In this document: positions 22,956-34,425 of the stretch, piece after piece | Layout: the number at the start of each line of letters is the position of its first letter | Numbering within the stretch: position 1 is the stretch's first letter | Assembly (NCBI GenBank): GCA_027604505.1 | Contig: JADIIX010000090.1 | Location: 1 to 64,000 of the forward strand | DNA length: 64,000 bases | Source: Gonapodya sp. JEL0774 | Lineage: Eukaryota | Reading direction: 5' to 3' | Made by a program: the position numbers and the translations under genes | Notes under the pieces: model-generated | What the model saw: the letters and a program-made list of their open reading frames with translations, nothing else | Database searches by the model: none | What the model was told of the DNA's origin: nothing

Positions 22956-25813
22956 TCAGTATCCAGGGACTCGAAACATCTTTTTTCTCCTGCCGATGGG
23001 GTAAACCAGCAAGTGAGCTGAGAACAAGCCGACCAAGATTCCAATGGAGACGTCCAAGACCAGACTCGCAAGCCTTGCCCCGTTTGCCACATCATCGTTC
23101 ATCAATGCCATGTTTGCACGAACGGAGATTCCGCCAGGAACGAGGAACAGGATGCCTGCAAGAAGTGGTGCAAGCTGTGGAGAAATGGGTGTGAAAAGTT
23201 GTCAGGTGAAACCCAAAGTCTCCAATTCTCAACGAAGCCCCGTCCCCCTCACTCACAGCAGCGTCCCCTGTCAATCTACCGTAGGCATTCCCACATATTC
23301 CAATAGCCAATGCAGTGATTGCGTTGTTGGTACTAGTGTCGAACTTGTCCGCCGGAAGGAAAGTGCTGGTCAAGTATCCGATTGCGGTCACGACACACAT
23401 GACTGGGAACTGTCGCGGGTGCGCTTCCAGAAGAATATAGAACGCAAAGCACATGGGGAGGAAAAATAATATCTGGAAGCGAGAATCCACCGGTTGACAT
23501 TGTTGGGAGTCAACAGTCCCTACGGCCCACAACGCGATTTTCGATCCGATTGAGAGTCCGTAGCCAATCATCACAGAAATGAGCAGCGCGTGGAAGAGCC
23601 GAACAGTGCCGATAATGAGATTGCGGGAAGCGACCTCCATCACACCCACCTCCATTCCCCAAAAAGGCAATGAGGATCCATAATTCACATTCGCACAGTG
23701 TCACCGACTCACCGACTCACCGTTATCATCAATCCCGGCAGGAGCCATACACTTCCAGCCATAGACATGGAGAAGAAACACACTCCCGGAACAAATTTCT
23801 CGGTCACCTTTGCGACAAAGCCAATAACCAGGGCTGCCGAAAACTCGAGCAAGTTTCCGTAACGGGCCCACCTGTCGGCCGCCATGCTCATCAATCCGAC
23901 TAAACCCCCAAAGACCGCACAGATCCACATGTCCATCCACGACCCGCCGTAGAACATGACGGCCGCAAGAGCACACACGATGACATTGGCCGCAAGTTGG
24001 CACCAACGGGGCCACAGTGGTGGAGCTTTGATTATACGGGAAAGTTCGTTGAGCAAGTGCGGGACGTCGTTCGAATAGGTGGGGATCGTTGTGGCAAGAT
24101 GGTTGACACGGAAAAGGCGCCACATGTCTGCGATATTGGGGGGAATGGGTCGGGGGGGGGGGAGGACCCCCGTTGAATAAGGGATGTTTTTCACGTGGCG
24201 ATTGCGGGGGATGCTCCTCACCATATCCGGCACTGCACCGAAGAAAATGTGTTTCCGACGTGTGTGTTTCGGGGTCGCCGAAGGTTACGAGAATCATGGA
24301 AGGCAGGTAGGCGAACTAACATGCGACGATGGACATCAGTTGGTTTCGCCGCTTTGACTCCCTTGCACTCGTCACACTTCACCTGTGCCTCCAGTCCCAG
24401 TTCCACGCAGCACTTCTTCATGTAATGTTCCAGTCTGTACGTTGGGCATCCGTACTTGAAGAGAGCCTTCCCCAGCCTTAGAACGAACGATTGCTTGGCC
24501 AAAAGCTGATTAATTGTTTCCGCGATCCGGAGACGGACAAAGTTCTCTTCCGACGAGCTCATCCCGATATCTCCCGATGCATATCGCTGGTGCTTCTCTC
24601 TGGGTGTCTCATCGTCAGTGTCCGTGTCCGTGTCCGTGTCGGGAGCTCTCAATGTCGCCGCGGAGGGGCGCAGAGTGGATGTGGTGGGGAGAGGAGTCGA
24701 GTGGTCACTGGGCTGATCAGGAGTCCAGCTACGGGAATTGAGATTCCAAGGAGATGAAGCACCTCCACTCCTTTGTGCAGGAAATCGGGAGGCCGCCTTT
24801 GAGGAGAGAAGTGGGTCGGTCAGGGAGGAGTGAGCATAGCTGTCAGTATGCTGGGGCGAGTGAGGCTCGGTATCAGTTGACGGGGCCGGAGAGGAGTTTG
24901 AGATGCGAGGCGGAGGTATGACTGTGAGGGGGACCAGAGAAAGTGCGGTGGACGACACGAGGTCCGGGCTGCGGGAGTACAAGGGCCCCGCAGAGCCGCT
25001 CAAGCTCGCAATGGCGGCAGAGGTAAGCCAAGGGCTGCCAGACGGAATCTGAATGGGGTACAAGTGAGGGATCAAAGGTGGGGAGCGTTCGGAGAGGGCG
25101 GGCGAGGGGTTCCGGGGCGGGTTGTGGGCGTGAGCGAGAGGAGGTTGCGAAAGGGAGCTTCCCAATGGGTGTATGGGTGTGGGAGCGTGAAGGAAACTGC
25201 TTTGATTGTCGTAGCCGGACTGAACCGCAACGGCGGAGAGAGGTCGGGTTGGTGGGGGCTGCGATTCCGGGTTCGTTTCCCGCCATTCTGCGCTCCTGGT
25301 TTCCTTGGGGGATGGCAGTCGTGCTGGGGCAGGTTGTGGTGCGCCAGAATTGTTGTTGAAAGTGTATGTTTCATTTCGTTGAGACTCCAAGTCTGGTTGC
25401 TGCACGACTACCAAGGGAGGGGTTCTTGAGGAGTCAGGAAAATGAACAGCAGGCCCTCTGTGCTTGCCAGTGTTATCATTGAGTAAAGTTGTCGGATGTC
25501 GGTCGTGGGTGGGCATCAAAGTGGAAAGGAAGTTGATAGGAGTTGGTGTTCCTCCCCTTTTCTCTCTCTCACCAGCAGTACTCGAAGACTGTGTGTGCTG
25601 GATAGAACGAAGAAGAAGTCCAAGAACACCGTGACTAGTCCGCGCAGGTTTTGCCCGAGGCGAATCCCTTGTCGAATCCATTGAAACACCTCTCGATGAC
25701 ATGCCATCATCTTCTTCCCCACGTTCATCACGGCCGCCGTGACTTCTTTCAGAAGAAGCGACCGACTGAGTGCTGCTGAAATGACCGAAGCGCGCGAGAT
25801 TCAAGGGCCTCAT
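22956..25813 (-). CDS. Prm10-like / ThrE (DUF1212) family membrane exporter with long disordered N-terminus, spliced
   Basis: FVLRLGKALFKYGCPTYRLE, ILVTFGDPETHTSETH, GSVWLLPG, EVASRNLIIGTVRL and multiple hydrophobic helices. Confidence 0.85.
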
Positions 25814-26110
25814 TTTGACAGGAATGCAACAGAGGGAGGGCGATGGGATGAGTGAGGACTGAGTCCAGTATGAACAGAATGAATAAATGAAATTTAATTC
25901 GTTATGAGATGTCTCGTGGAATTGGAAGCGGAAAGAAGAAAGAAATGTCGCCTGTGTCAGGTGCTGTGCATGTGTTGCATGAATGATGATCAGCCTCAGC
26001 ACAAATATACAGGAGGCCATCACGATGAGCACCACAATACCCATCACATTGCACAACTAAATTATATACATACACACAATGAAGAGCAAATGGGCAGAGT
26101 GACGTTCCCT

Positions 26111-29100
26111 TTACAGCTCACCAACCACTTCACTTGTACTACAAACGCTTACCGGCAAAGCAGGAAGATCTTTCGGGGTAAATTCCCCTGCTGAAAGTGT
26201 CGACCGAATCTCCACCAAGGTTCGCCGCAACGACGTCAAGTCCACCTTTGGGTCCGTCCACTCTTGTTCGGGGTGCACTGTGGCATCTGTAACCCCATCA
26301 ACGTCATCGCTGTCACCATATCTGACCTCGTGAATCGAAGAGGAAAGTCCAACAAGTCCGACCGCTGCCCCTCCCTCGTTCTTGTCAGTGATAAGGGGAC
26401 TCACAGCACTCAACTGCTGCTGGGCCTCAGCGAGTTGTTCCAGCGCTCGATCACGTGCTTGCTCAAGGTACCGTAAACGGGAATCACGCTCACGGCTCTC
26501 CGCAGCAAACGTTCGATACGATGCCCTAAAAAGACGGCGGACAGCTATGCCGCAATGTAAGGAGAATTGGCGAGATATAATCGCCCAGGTGCATGAGGAA
26601 ATTGGATCGGTCGCTCGAGCATCACATCCTCAAACAAGAACAAGATCTCACCTCCCATAATCTTCCCGTGCTGACCCTCCACTCCTTCCACCGACCCATC
26701 CTCTGTTTCGTCGTCGAAATTCGAGTGGAGCGAGAGAGCAGCAGCAATGTGGTCGTGGAGAGCGAGAGCACTGATTTCGCCCTCAGAGTCGGAGTCAGCC
26801 GCGTTAGCGGCCTAGTTGATAGGTGGTGTCCGTGGATACCAGATAGCGGTCACTACACTGTCTTGCGCCAAAACTCACCATTTTATCTTTCCTCAAAGCT
26901 TTCCCCATTCCTGGATCCATGGCCGCGTAATCCATTGCCCGAACTCCAGTCCTATTTTCCGCCGCGGGATCAGCCCCCATCGCCACCAGCACCTCAACCA
27001 CACCCTTGTTACCCCCTCGTACTGCCACAAGCAAGGCCGTATCACCTTGCCTATCTCGAAAGTCCACAAACTCTCTCGTCGCTGCGACTGCATCCACTTG
27101 CCCACCAACTCCGTGAGCAGACCACCATCGCTTCACACATCGAGCGTAATATCTGGCTGCCGCCACCATTGTCCTACCTCGTTCGCCCTGCACTGCCCCT
27201 GCAGCTGCCAAGTGGTGAAGCACGGTGCGTCCCTCAGCATCCGCCGCGCGTATGGCTGATGAGAGTCGACGGAGAACAGAGGGAAAGCACTGCCGCTCAA
27301 ATGCATGAGCGCATTGGACAGAACGCATAAGGGGGGTTTGAGAAGCGAAGTTCACCGCAAAAGGCGATGCACCCAAGCTAAGAAGGGTTCGGACAGTACG
27401 AGGACGAGCAAGAGAGGCAGACCAGTGGAGGGCGGTATTGCCTGTGGCACGTTGTGGACAACAGAGTGCGAGGGAGGTTCCCATAATGCATCTCTCTCAT
27501 TTTAGAAAGCTTAGCCCACCTTCTTGATCCAACATCAACTCCACCACACATCTCCTCTTCCTTCCTCCACCTTCTATTTCCTTACCGACCTCGTCTGTTC
27601 CGTCTTCCTCTTCCTCCAAAGTCAACAGTTCCACCACTCTGGCATCGCTCTCCTCGCTCTCCTCAAGAAATATCTCCACCAACACCTCTCTCTGTCTGTC
27701 ATGCAGGGGCATTCCGTCCCACCGTCCAGGACCACTGCGTGGTACGTTGGGGCGGGGAATAGCCGTTGCAGCACCGGATCGCACAGACCGAGGAAGGTAT
27801 GGATCGAGGTAGGAATCATCACCATCACCTTCTCGGGGATCCGCAAGTCGCTGCCGTTTGTGCCGCGAAGAATGGGAAAACCCCTGCGGGCCACCTTTAC
27901 TCCACTCATTGAAAGCGGAGGCGCCACCGTCATCAGCAGCGGATAAGTCCTCACCCCAGCCTTCGCTCCTCTCCTCATCTACTGTCATTGCGTTTTCGGC
28001 TCTCTTTCTGTCACCCTTCACTCCTCTCGTCATATCCTGTGAATCAGGGTCAGACATGTGCTCCCCTTCTCCGTCGCTTCGCTCAAGGGATGATGACCGT
28101 GAAGAGACAGGTGTGAACGTAGGATACGCCGAGGCAGAGGAGCTAGCAGGATACGAGAAGTAGCCGGAGGAGAATGTAGCTGCTGGTGTGAGTGGTGTCG
28201 CGATTGGTTGGGCTGTGATTTATGGATGAGTTAGTTCGAAAGTCAGAATGTTGAGCGACAAAAATTGTTTGAGCAAAGGTGTGATATGTAGACACCTTTC
28301 GGCCTTTCCGCGGACAGAAATCCATCCCGCTTCCCTTACGGCTCACGTTCTTTTCCTCTTACCCATACATGAACTCAACCTCTCCTTATCAGACTTTTCA
28401 CTTAATATATCGCACTCACCTATTGCCGCCCTGCCTCTTAACGCCCTTCCACTCGCCAAACTCGGCGGTGTGCGCTCCAAGGCAGCTCCCACCCCGAGTG
28501 CTGCACTCCCTGACGGTGCGCTTGTTCTCTTTGGTTGAGCCTGATCTGTTGCCGGATTGAAGTCCAGCAGGGGTGCGACGAGTTCTTCGACCCCGTAGCG
28601 ACGTGCAAGGTCCCTCCCAGAATCTAGGGGTATCCAGGTGCCTTGATATTTGCCGTAACCACCTTGAATTTTTTCATGGAGGGGATCTGCGGTGCATGTT
28701 CAGAAAGCGGAATGTCGGATCACAAGTGAGATAGGTCAGGATATGGAGTGTGCCCCGTCATATAAAATAGAAGTGCGGTAGCAGGTCAGTGGATGCGTCA
28801 ACCAAAGCACTATATCTGCCTTCTTAGGCGGAGTTCAGCAGCATCCATTGGTCCAATGTGGTCAATATGCTCCGCTGGAGCATGTTAACTAACCCGCTAA
28901 TACTTCTCGCTCCAGAATTTTGGTCCGGCGGGGTTTTGAAAAGCCAGCAACCTATGAAATGATGATACACGCAACACTTGATTAAGTTTGATGTGTGTGT
29001 GGAATCGATGCACCAGTGTGAGGAGCGAATCCCATCTACAAACCTTTAGAATCTGTGTTGCATTCAAAAAGGCGTCTGAAACCCGTCTCATCACCGCAAC

Positions 29101-29409
29101 GTCTTTGACGTGCTATCATCACAGATTCCGAGTGGACATAGTCACGTGGCGCCGTGCCGCGTCAAATCCCCAGACGAGCGAGAAGTGAGAAACAACGGCC
29201 ATAGGAGGAAAGAAACACGAATTCACTTACCATTTCGTAGACGGGAATATTTGAGTAGGTTGCTCTTTGGGAAGAGCGAGATAGCAGATGCGGCGGAGGT
29301 GAAGCAGATGAGCGAGCGCATTGCAATAGCGACGAGAAATTGTGAGAAGGGGGCGATGCCTGCAGTTGGAGCAGCAAAGATTGACTCACGATTGGATTGG
29401 ACGGTGCAT
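26111..29409 (-). CDS. APSES (KilA-N) plus ankyrin G1/S transcription factor, Mbp1/Swi4/Res-like, spliced
   Basis: MHRPIQS|ATYSNIPVYEM, VMRRVSDAFLNATQILKV, HEKIQGGYGKYQGTWIP, ankyrin repeats GNTALHWSASL and QGDTALLVA, and a C-terminal coiled coil. Confidence 0.92.
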
Positions 29410-29538
29410 CGTTACGTTCACGGACGGGGTACACCTCAAACGTGAATTCCTGGATTTGAGTGAAACCTGGGGTGCACTGTGGTCCACAATCAGGCCAACT
29501 GTGGGTTTGCATGGAACGCTCTGTTAACGTATTTTCAG

Positions 29539-31018
29539 ATGACCGACGTTGAAATGACCGAGGAAGTAACTGAAATCGTACCAGATGATGACGATCCACC
29601 GACCATCGAGGAATCTCTCACAGGACCTCCCATGCTACCGTCGAGATTCAACGACGATGGTGAGCTCACCCACTCCACGGATATAGTTTATTGGGACATG
29701 ACAGCTGATGTTAAACGTCTCGTGGGCCTTGTTTTTGCATTATCGGGGTGCTCCTCTCCTTCTCCTACCTCCCCTTGTGCATGATCAAGACAATCTCATA
29801 AAGAACCGACGAGCCATCAACGACAAGCCACTGAAAAGCCTCGCACGAGCAATGGCACGATTCTATCAGAGGCTCGGTGAACCGGATTTTAGAGCTGATG
29901 AGCTGTGAGTTTTTGTTGAAACAATTCTTTGGATCACCGCCAGTGGGTTGTCGGTAGTTGCAATTTTCTGTGATGCAAGAATATTATGAAGACAGGGATT
30001 GGCCAATTGGAGCATGGGGGAAGACACCATGCTTGGGGAGATCTGAGAAGCTTAAACAAGTGAAGTAGCGTCTCTGATATTGGGACTCCAGAACTGCGCA
30101 AACGTGGAGGGTTAATCCCCGCGACGACTCGCGCCTACTTCATGCATTAAGCTTCTCGTTTTTCAAGACATCTTTCCTCTCTCCACTATCCTCGTTGCAA
30201 TTCACTTATACGTCAGCTCCGTAGCTCAATTCCTCGAAGAAATCGACCAAATCGACTCCATCGCTCAGAAGGGCCGTATCATCCACAAAATGAGTGTTCA
30301 CGAAATTAAGGGATACGAGCGAGCGGCGTCGGAAGTTTGTGAGCCAGACCACTTCGTCGTGTTCCATTGCTCTGCATCTCACTTGTCGTCCCCGTCCCGC
30401 AAACCGCAAAGCCACTGACATCGAATCCGCCCGCCAAGAAGTCACCAACCTTGTGGCAGCGCTAGAAAAGGCCCGACGTGAACGTCGCAACAGGCTCGAG
30501 TACGATGCAGTCGCAAAGCAGATTATTAAACTCACGAGCAGAGCGGAGATGACTGAGTGAGTGCTGCTGCAATGTTTCTCGGACCGTGCAGAACGGGGGT
30601 TGCGAAATCGCGGTTGTTCGTCGTCAGTCATCGGTGTGGTCTTGGATCCGTGTGAATAACGGGGTGAACGGCATCACCCCTCATCATCATTCTCCCTGCC
30701 ATGCTCTTGCGACCACTTCTGAGCTTGTATCTTCTTTTCCTTTATCGACCATGTCGACCCAGACTCAATTCCACCACCGAATCTCAAATCGCCCAACTCG
30801 ACCGCGACCTTGCTGCACTCCATGACACTTGGGAACTCCGCCGAAAACAATTCCACACTTTCTTGCTATTTGGGCACGAAGTCGCCGAGAGTGCATCAGA
30901 GGCGAAGCACGGTGGGGCTGTCGCAGGCGCGTCTGGGAGTCAGGGAGATCAAAGTCATGGTGGCAGGGACATGACGGAGGAGGAGGAAGGGGAGGAAATG
31001 GCGTTGGATGAACGATGA
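29539..31018 (+). CDS. THOC7: THO complex subunit 7 / Mft1-like, spliced
   Basis: D.LIKNRRAINDKPLK, IESARQE...L...LEKARRERRNRLEYDAVAK.I....SR and W..RRKQF. Confidence 0.8.
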
Positions 31019-31136
31019 CTGGAGTTGGTTGAAGGAGTGTACAACCTCACGAGACTAATGATTCTTTGTATTCCCCCACAAAATACTGTACGATAATCGT
31101 TTTGCGTTTGGACTCCACAACATCCTTATCGCCAGA

Positions 31137-32495
31137 ATGTCAACCCTCAAGGACTATCTAGCGAAAAACTATCTGTCGGGAACGTCAGATTCCAGTCATT
31201 CATCCAAACCAAAGCGGAAAAAACCCAAACAACCCAAAGGCTCGACTACAAACATCGTTGATGAGGAAGCGGACGATTGGAAACGCACTGCGAGGCGCGA
31301 CGATTCGGACGATGAGACACCGGTAGTTGTTGATGGGATCCACTGGGAAGGAGATGATCGAGGCGCAAAGAACGGGAGTGGAGGGGATGGGAACTTGGGC
31401 GGACCTTATTCGGCCAAGGCAAACTGGAGGAGAGTTGGGGCCGGCGACGATGATTCTGACGTAGATGAAATGAAAGGAGCGACTATAGTGGACCTTGGCA
31501 ATGGAGTGGGCGAGAGTGGGGGTAACGCAAACCGTGGAAGTCGAGCGCAGCACAGACGAGAAACGAGTGAGCCGCGACGGAGACACGACTCCGAAAGTGA
31601 GGGCGAAGGGGTAAAAGGCAACGCTACGAGAGGTAGGAACGTCCCAGGTGGAGGAGAGGCGCGCTCTGGGCGAAGACGACACGATTCGGACAGTGAAGTG
31701 GATGCTGCTGCGGGAAGGCGGGAAGCTGACCAGCACCGGAAGCGCCCTCGACATGACTCAGATATTGAAGAAGAGCGAGGAGGGACTGGAAAGCGTGGCG
31801 GTCCACCATTGTCTCCAGATCCTCGCACCAGGCCACGGCAAGACTCCCCTTCAACAGAGCGCTTAGACAAACCCGCACCTTCGAATTCGTCAAAGAAACT
31901 CCAAATGGCAGATGGCACGCATGCGGGCTTGCAACGCGCTTCGGACGTTGCCAAGCAGGCTGCTGCCCGTCGAGAGGAAGAAGACTCTCGCCTTCGACGG
32001 ATGGACACTCGTGCTTCGGGCAAGGATGCGGATACTGTTTATCGTGACAAATCTGGGCGTAAAGTGAATCCGGCTTTGGAAAAGGCGGAGACTCTTGAAC
32101 GGCAGCGGAAGGAGGAGGCGGAGCTAGAGAGGCAAATGCAGTGGGGGCGGGGCCTCGCACAGATGCGTGAAGCGGAGAACAGGGCCAAACAGTTGAGTGG
32201 AGGAGGCGCGTTGCCGATGGCGCGGTATGCAGACGACAGGGACATGAACGAGGCCATGAAAGTCGTCGACCGGTGGGGGGACCCCATGGCAGGCATGGTG
32301 CGCAAGAAGGTGAAAGTGAACCGACCTGTATACAAAGGACCTTTACCGGCACCAAATAGGTTTGGGATAGCTCCGGGTTACAGATGGGACGGTGTGGACA
32401 GATCAAACGGGTTTGAGAGCGACTTCTTTAAGAGGAAGAACGACAAAATAGCCCTTAGAGAAGAAGCCCATAAATGGAGTGCTGAAGACATGTAA
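31137..32495 (+). CDS. BUD13: Pre-mRNA splicing factor Bud13/Cwc26 (RES complex), single exon
   Basis: N-terminal LKDYLAKNYL, R(R)HDS repeats, TVYRDKSGR, RWGDPM and PNRFGIAPGYRWDGVDRSNGFE. Confidence 0.95.
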   Translation: MSTLKDYLAKNYLSGTSDSSHSSKPKRKKPKQPKGSTTNIVDEEADDWKRTARRDDSDDETPVVVDGIHWEGDDRGAKNGSGGDGNLGGPYSAKANWRRVGAGDDDSDVDEMKGATIVDLGNGVGESGGNANRGSRAQHRRETSEPRRRHDSESEGEGVKGNATRGRNVPGGGEARSGRRRHDSDSEVDAAAGRREADQHRKRPRHDSDIEEERGGTGKRGGPPLSPDPRTRPRQDSPSTERLDKPAPSNSSKKLQMADGTHAGLQRASDVAKQAAARREEEDSRLRRMDTRASGKDADTVYRDKSGRKVNPALEKAETLERQRKEEAELERQMQWGRGLAQMREAENRAKQLSGGGALPMARYADDRDMNEAMKVVDRWGDPMAGMVRKKVKVNRPVYKGPLPAPNRFGIAPGYRWDGVDRSNGFESDFFKRKNDKIALREEAHKWSAEDM

Positions 32496-32834
32496 AGCTG
32501 TTTCGGAATTTACCCGGTACATTGGGGTTTAAGGGGGTTCTCAGGATGTTGTTCGTTCATCGAGATATTATCTGTAGGGGGAGACCCCTTGAATTGTGAC
32601 ATTGCTTCCAGTAAAGTTCAATCTCCTTCAGTTGGTTTACGCTTTTGCTCGTTCATTTGGTTGCTCCATGGCCCATAGCGACCATTCGTTTGTTGACTGT
32701 GGCGGAAGAATGCTCTTTTCCGGTAGGTTCCAGCAGCTTCCATCACAATATGCACACAAAACTGGGCGGACGATGATATAAGCATCAAGTCAGTCAACAT
32801 TCTTCTGCTTATCCCATTACCACGTGAATTCTCA

Positions 32835-34328
32835 ATGTTCTACAACGGTCCTTCTTATCCCCTCGAAGAACTTATCGGCCTCCCGGTTCGCAGACCATCG
32901 CCGGAGTACTTTGTGCAGTCTCCCTACTACAGTCGCCGACGTCGTCCGTCTCCTTACGTTGGTGATTACGTGCCGCCCTCACGGTTTGGTTATGGACCTT
33001 ATGAAGAGGAGGAAGAGGAGGAAAGCGATTTTCCGATTCCTCCCAGTCCGAGGCAAATTCAACATCAGCAAGAGTTGCAACGTCAAAGGCTAGTGAGTTT
33101 TGAGTGGAGCGTATAATAACTGATTTGTTTTAGAATCCTCGTTGACCTTGCAATTTGCGATGTCACGTACTAGTATCGCGAACAGCAAATTCGTCAGGAG
33201 GAGGAGCGCCGTCGACAGTATACGGAAGCTCTTCGCCTTCGACGGTTGGAAGAATTGCAACGACAGCAGCAACTAATTCAGGAGCAGCAGCGACGATATC
33301 AACAGCAGCATCACCACCGTTCTCCTGAATCTGCGACTCCTCGCCAACAACATCGGACGACGGAAGGAAGAGGGGCTCACCATCCACTTGGGAAGCATCC
33401 TGTCACCGACATTCCCATCCACTCAACATTACCTCCCGCTGCTGATTCCATAACAGTAAAGCCTGTCTCGCCCGCTGTGTCCGAACCTGTTCGGCCCCAA
33501 CCGTCAGTGACACCGCTGCGAGCTGAGGGCCCCAAGCCCCCTGTCGACCCTGTCGTTCTCGAAACGTCGGCGAGCAAAATACAGCATGCGTATCGAGCAT
33601 ACCATCTGCGTCGGACTCTGGCATTGGCCGCCCCGAAATTCTCGCAATTGCGCGCTGTTGCAGCGGATTTGGACAAAATGGTATTCTTGCACCTCAAAGC
33701 GGCCTTAGGGACGGATCGCATCGAAGGCGAGGCGGAACCGCGCTTGGTTCTGGATTCAGAGACTGGCGCTCCCGTGCCGGGAGTTCCTCAAAACAAGGCT
33801 TATATGATGTTGGAGGACGGATTGTTGAAGCTGTTGTTGAAGCTTGATGGAATTGAGAGCGGAGGTTTGGAGCTCGTACGAGAGGTAAGTGCTCATCCAG
33901 GCTGTCTCTCCCGGACTTTCAATATTAAAGAGGTTTCTTCTTCCCCATTTTTCCATCAGAAACGAAAGGAGGTCGTCAAATCTGTCAACACCATTCTTGA
34001 ACGTCTTGACGAACGGCGAGAGCGGGAATGGCGAGCTTTGAAACGTGAAAAGGGTTCGGAATCACAACTAGCGCAATCACCGGAGGACGAGACCACCCAT
34101 ATGGAAACCGAAGAGGAGTGCACTGATGAAGTGGAAACTGCCAGCGAGAAACCTGAGCCTGCAGCTTCCGTGATGGACTTGAAGTCAGAAATTACACCCA
34201 TGGATGTGGAGCCGACCGAATTCCCAACAGGAGCAACTTCGGAAGTTGCAGAGGAAGTTCTGCGAGGTCCAGAAGACTCTGAACTGGATCCCGAAGATTT
34301 GGACTGGGTACCCCCGGAGTTTTCTTGA
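32835..34328 (+). CDS. IQ-motif plus BAG-domain co-chaperone, spliced
   Basis: IQ motif ASKIQHAYRAY, BAG helices LEDGLLKLLLKLDGIESGG..VRE|KRKEVVK.VN.ILERLD, a Tyr/Pro/Gln-rich N-terminus and an acidic tail. Confidence 0.8.
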
Positions 34329-34425
34329 ACGTCCCGTCTTTTGTTGTGTCCATTTAAATGTTAATTACTAGTGTTTACATTGTAGATAGAAGAATAGGAG
34401 GGGGGGAATGCCCTGATATGTGAGA

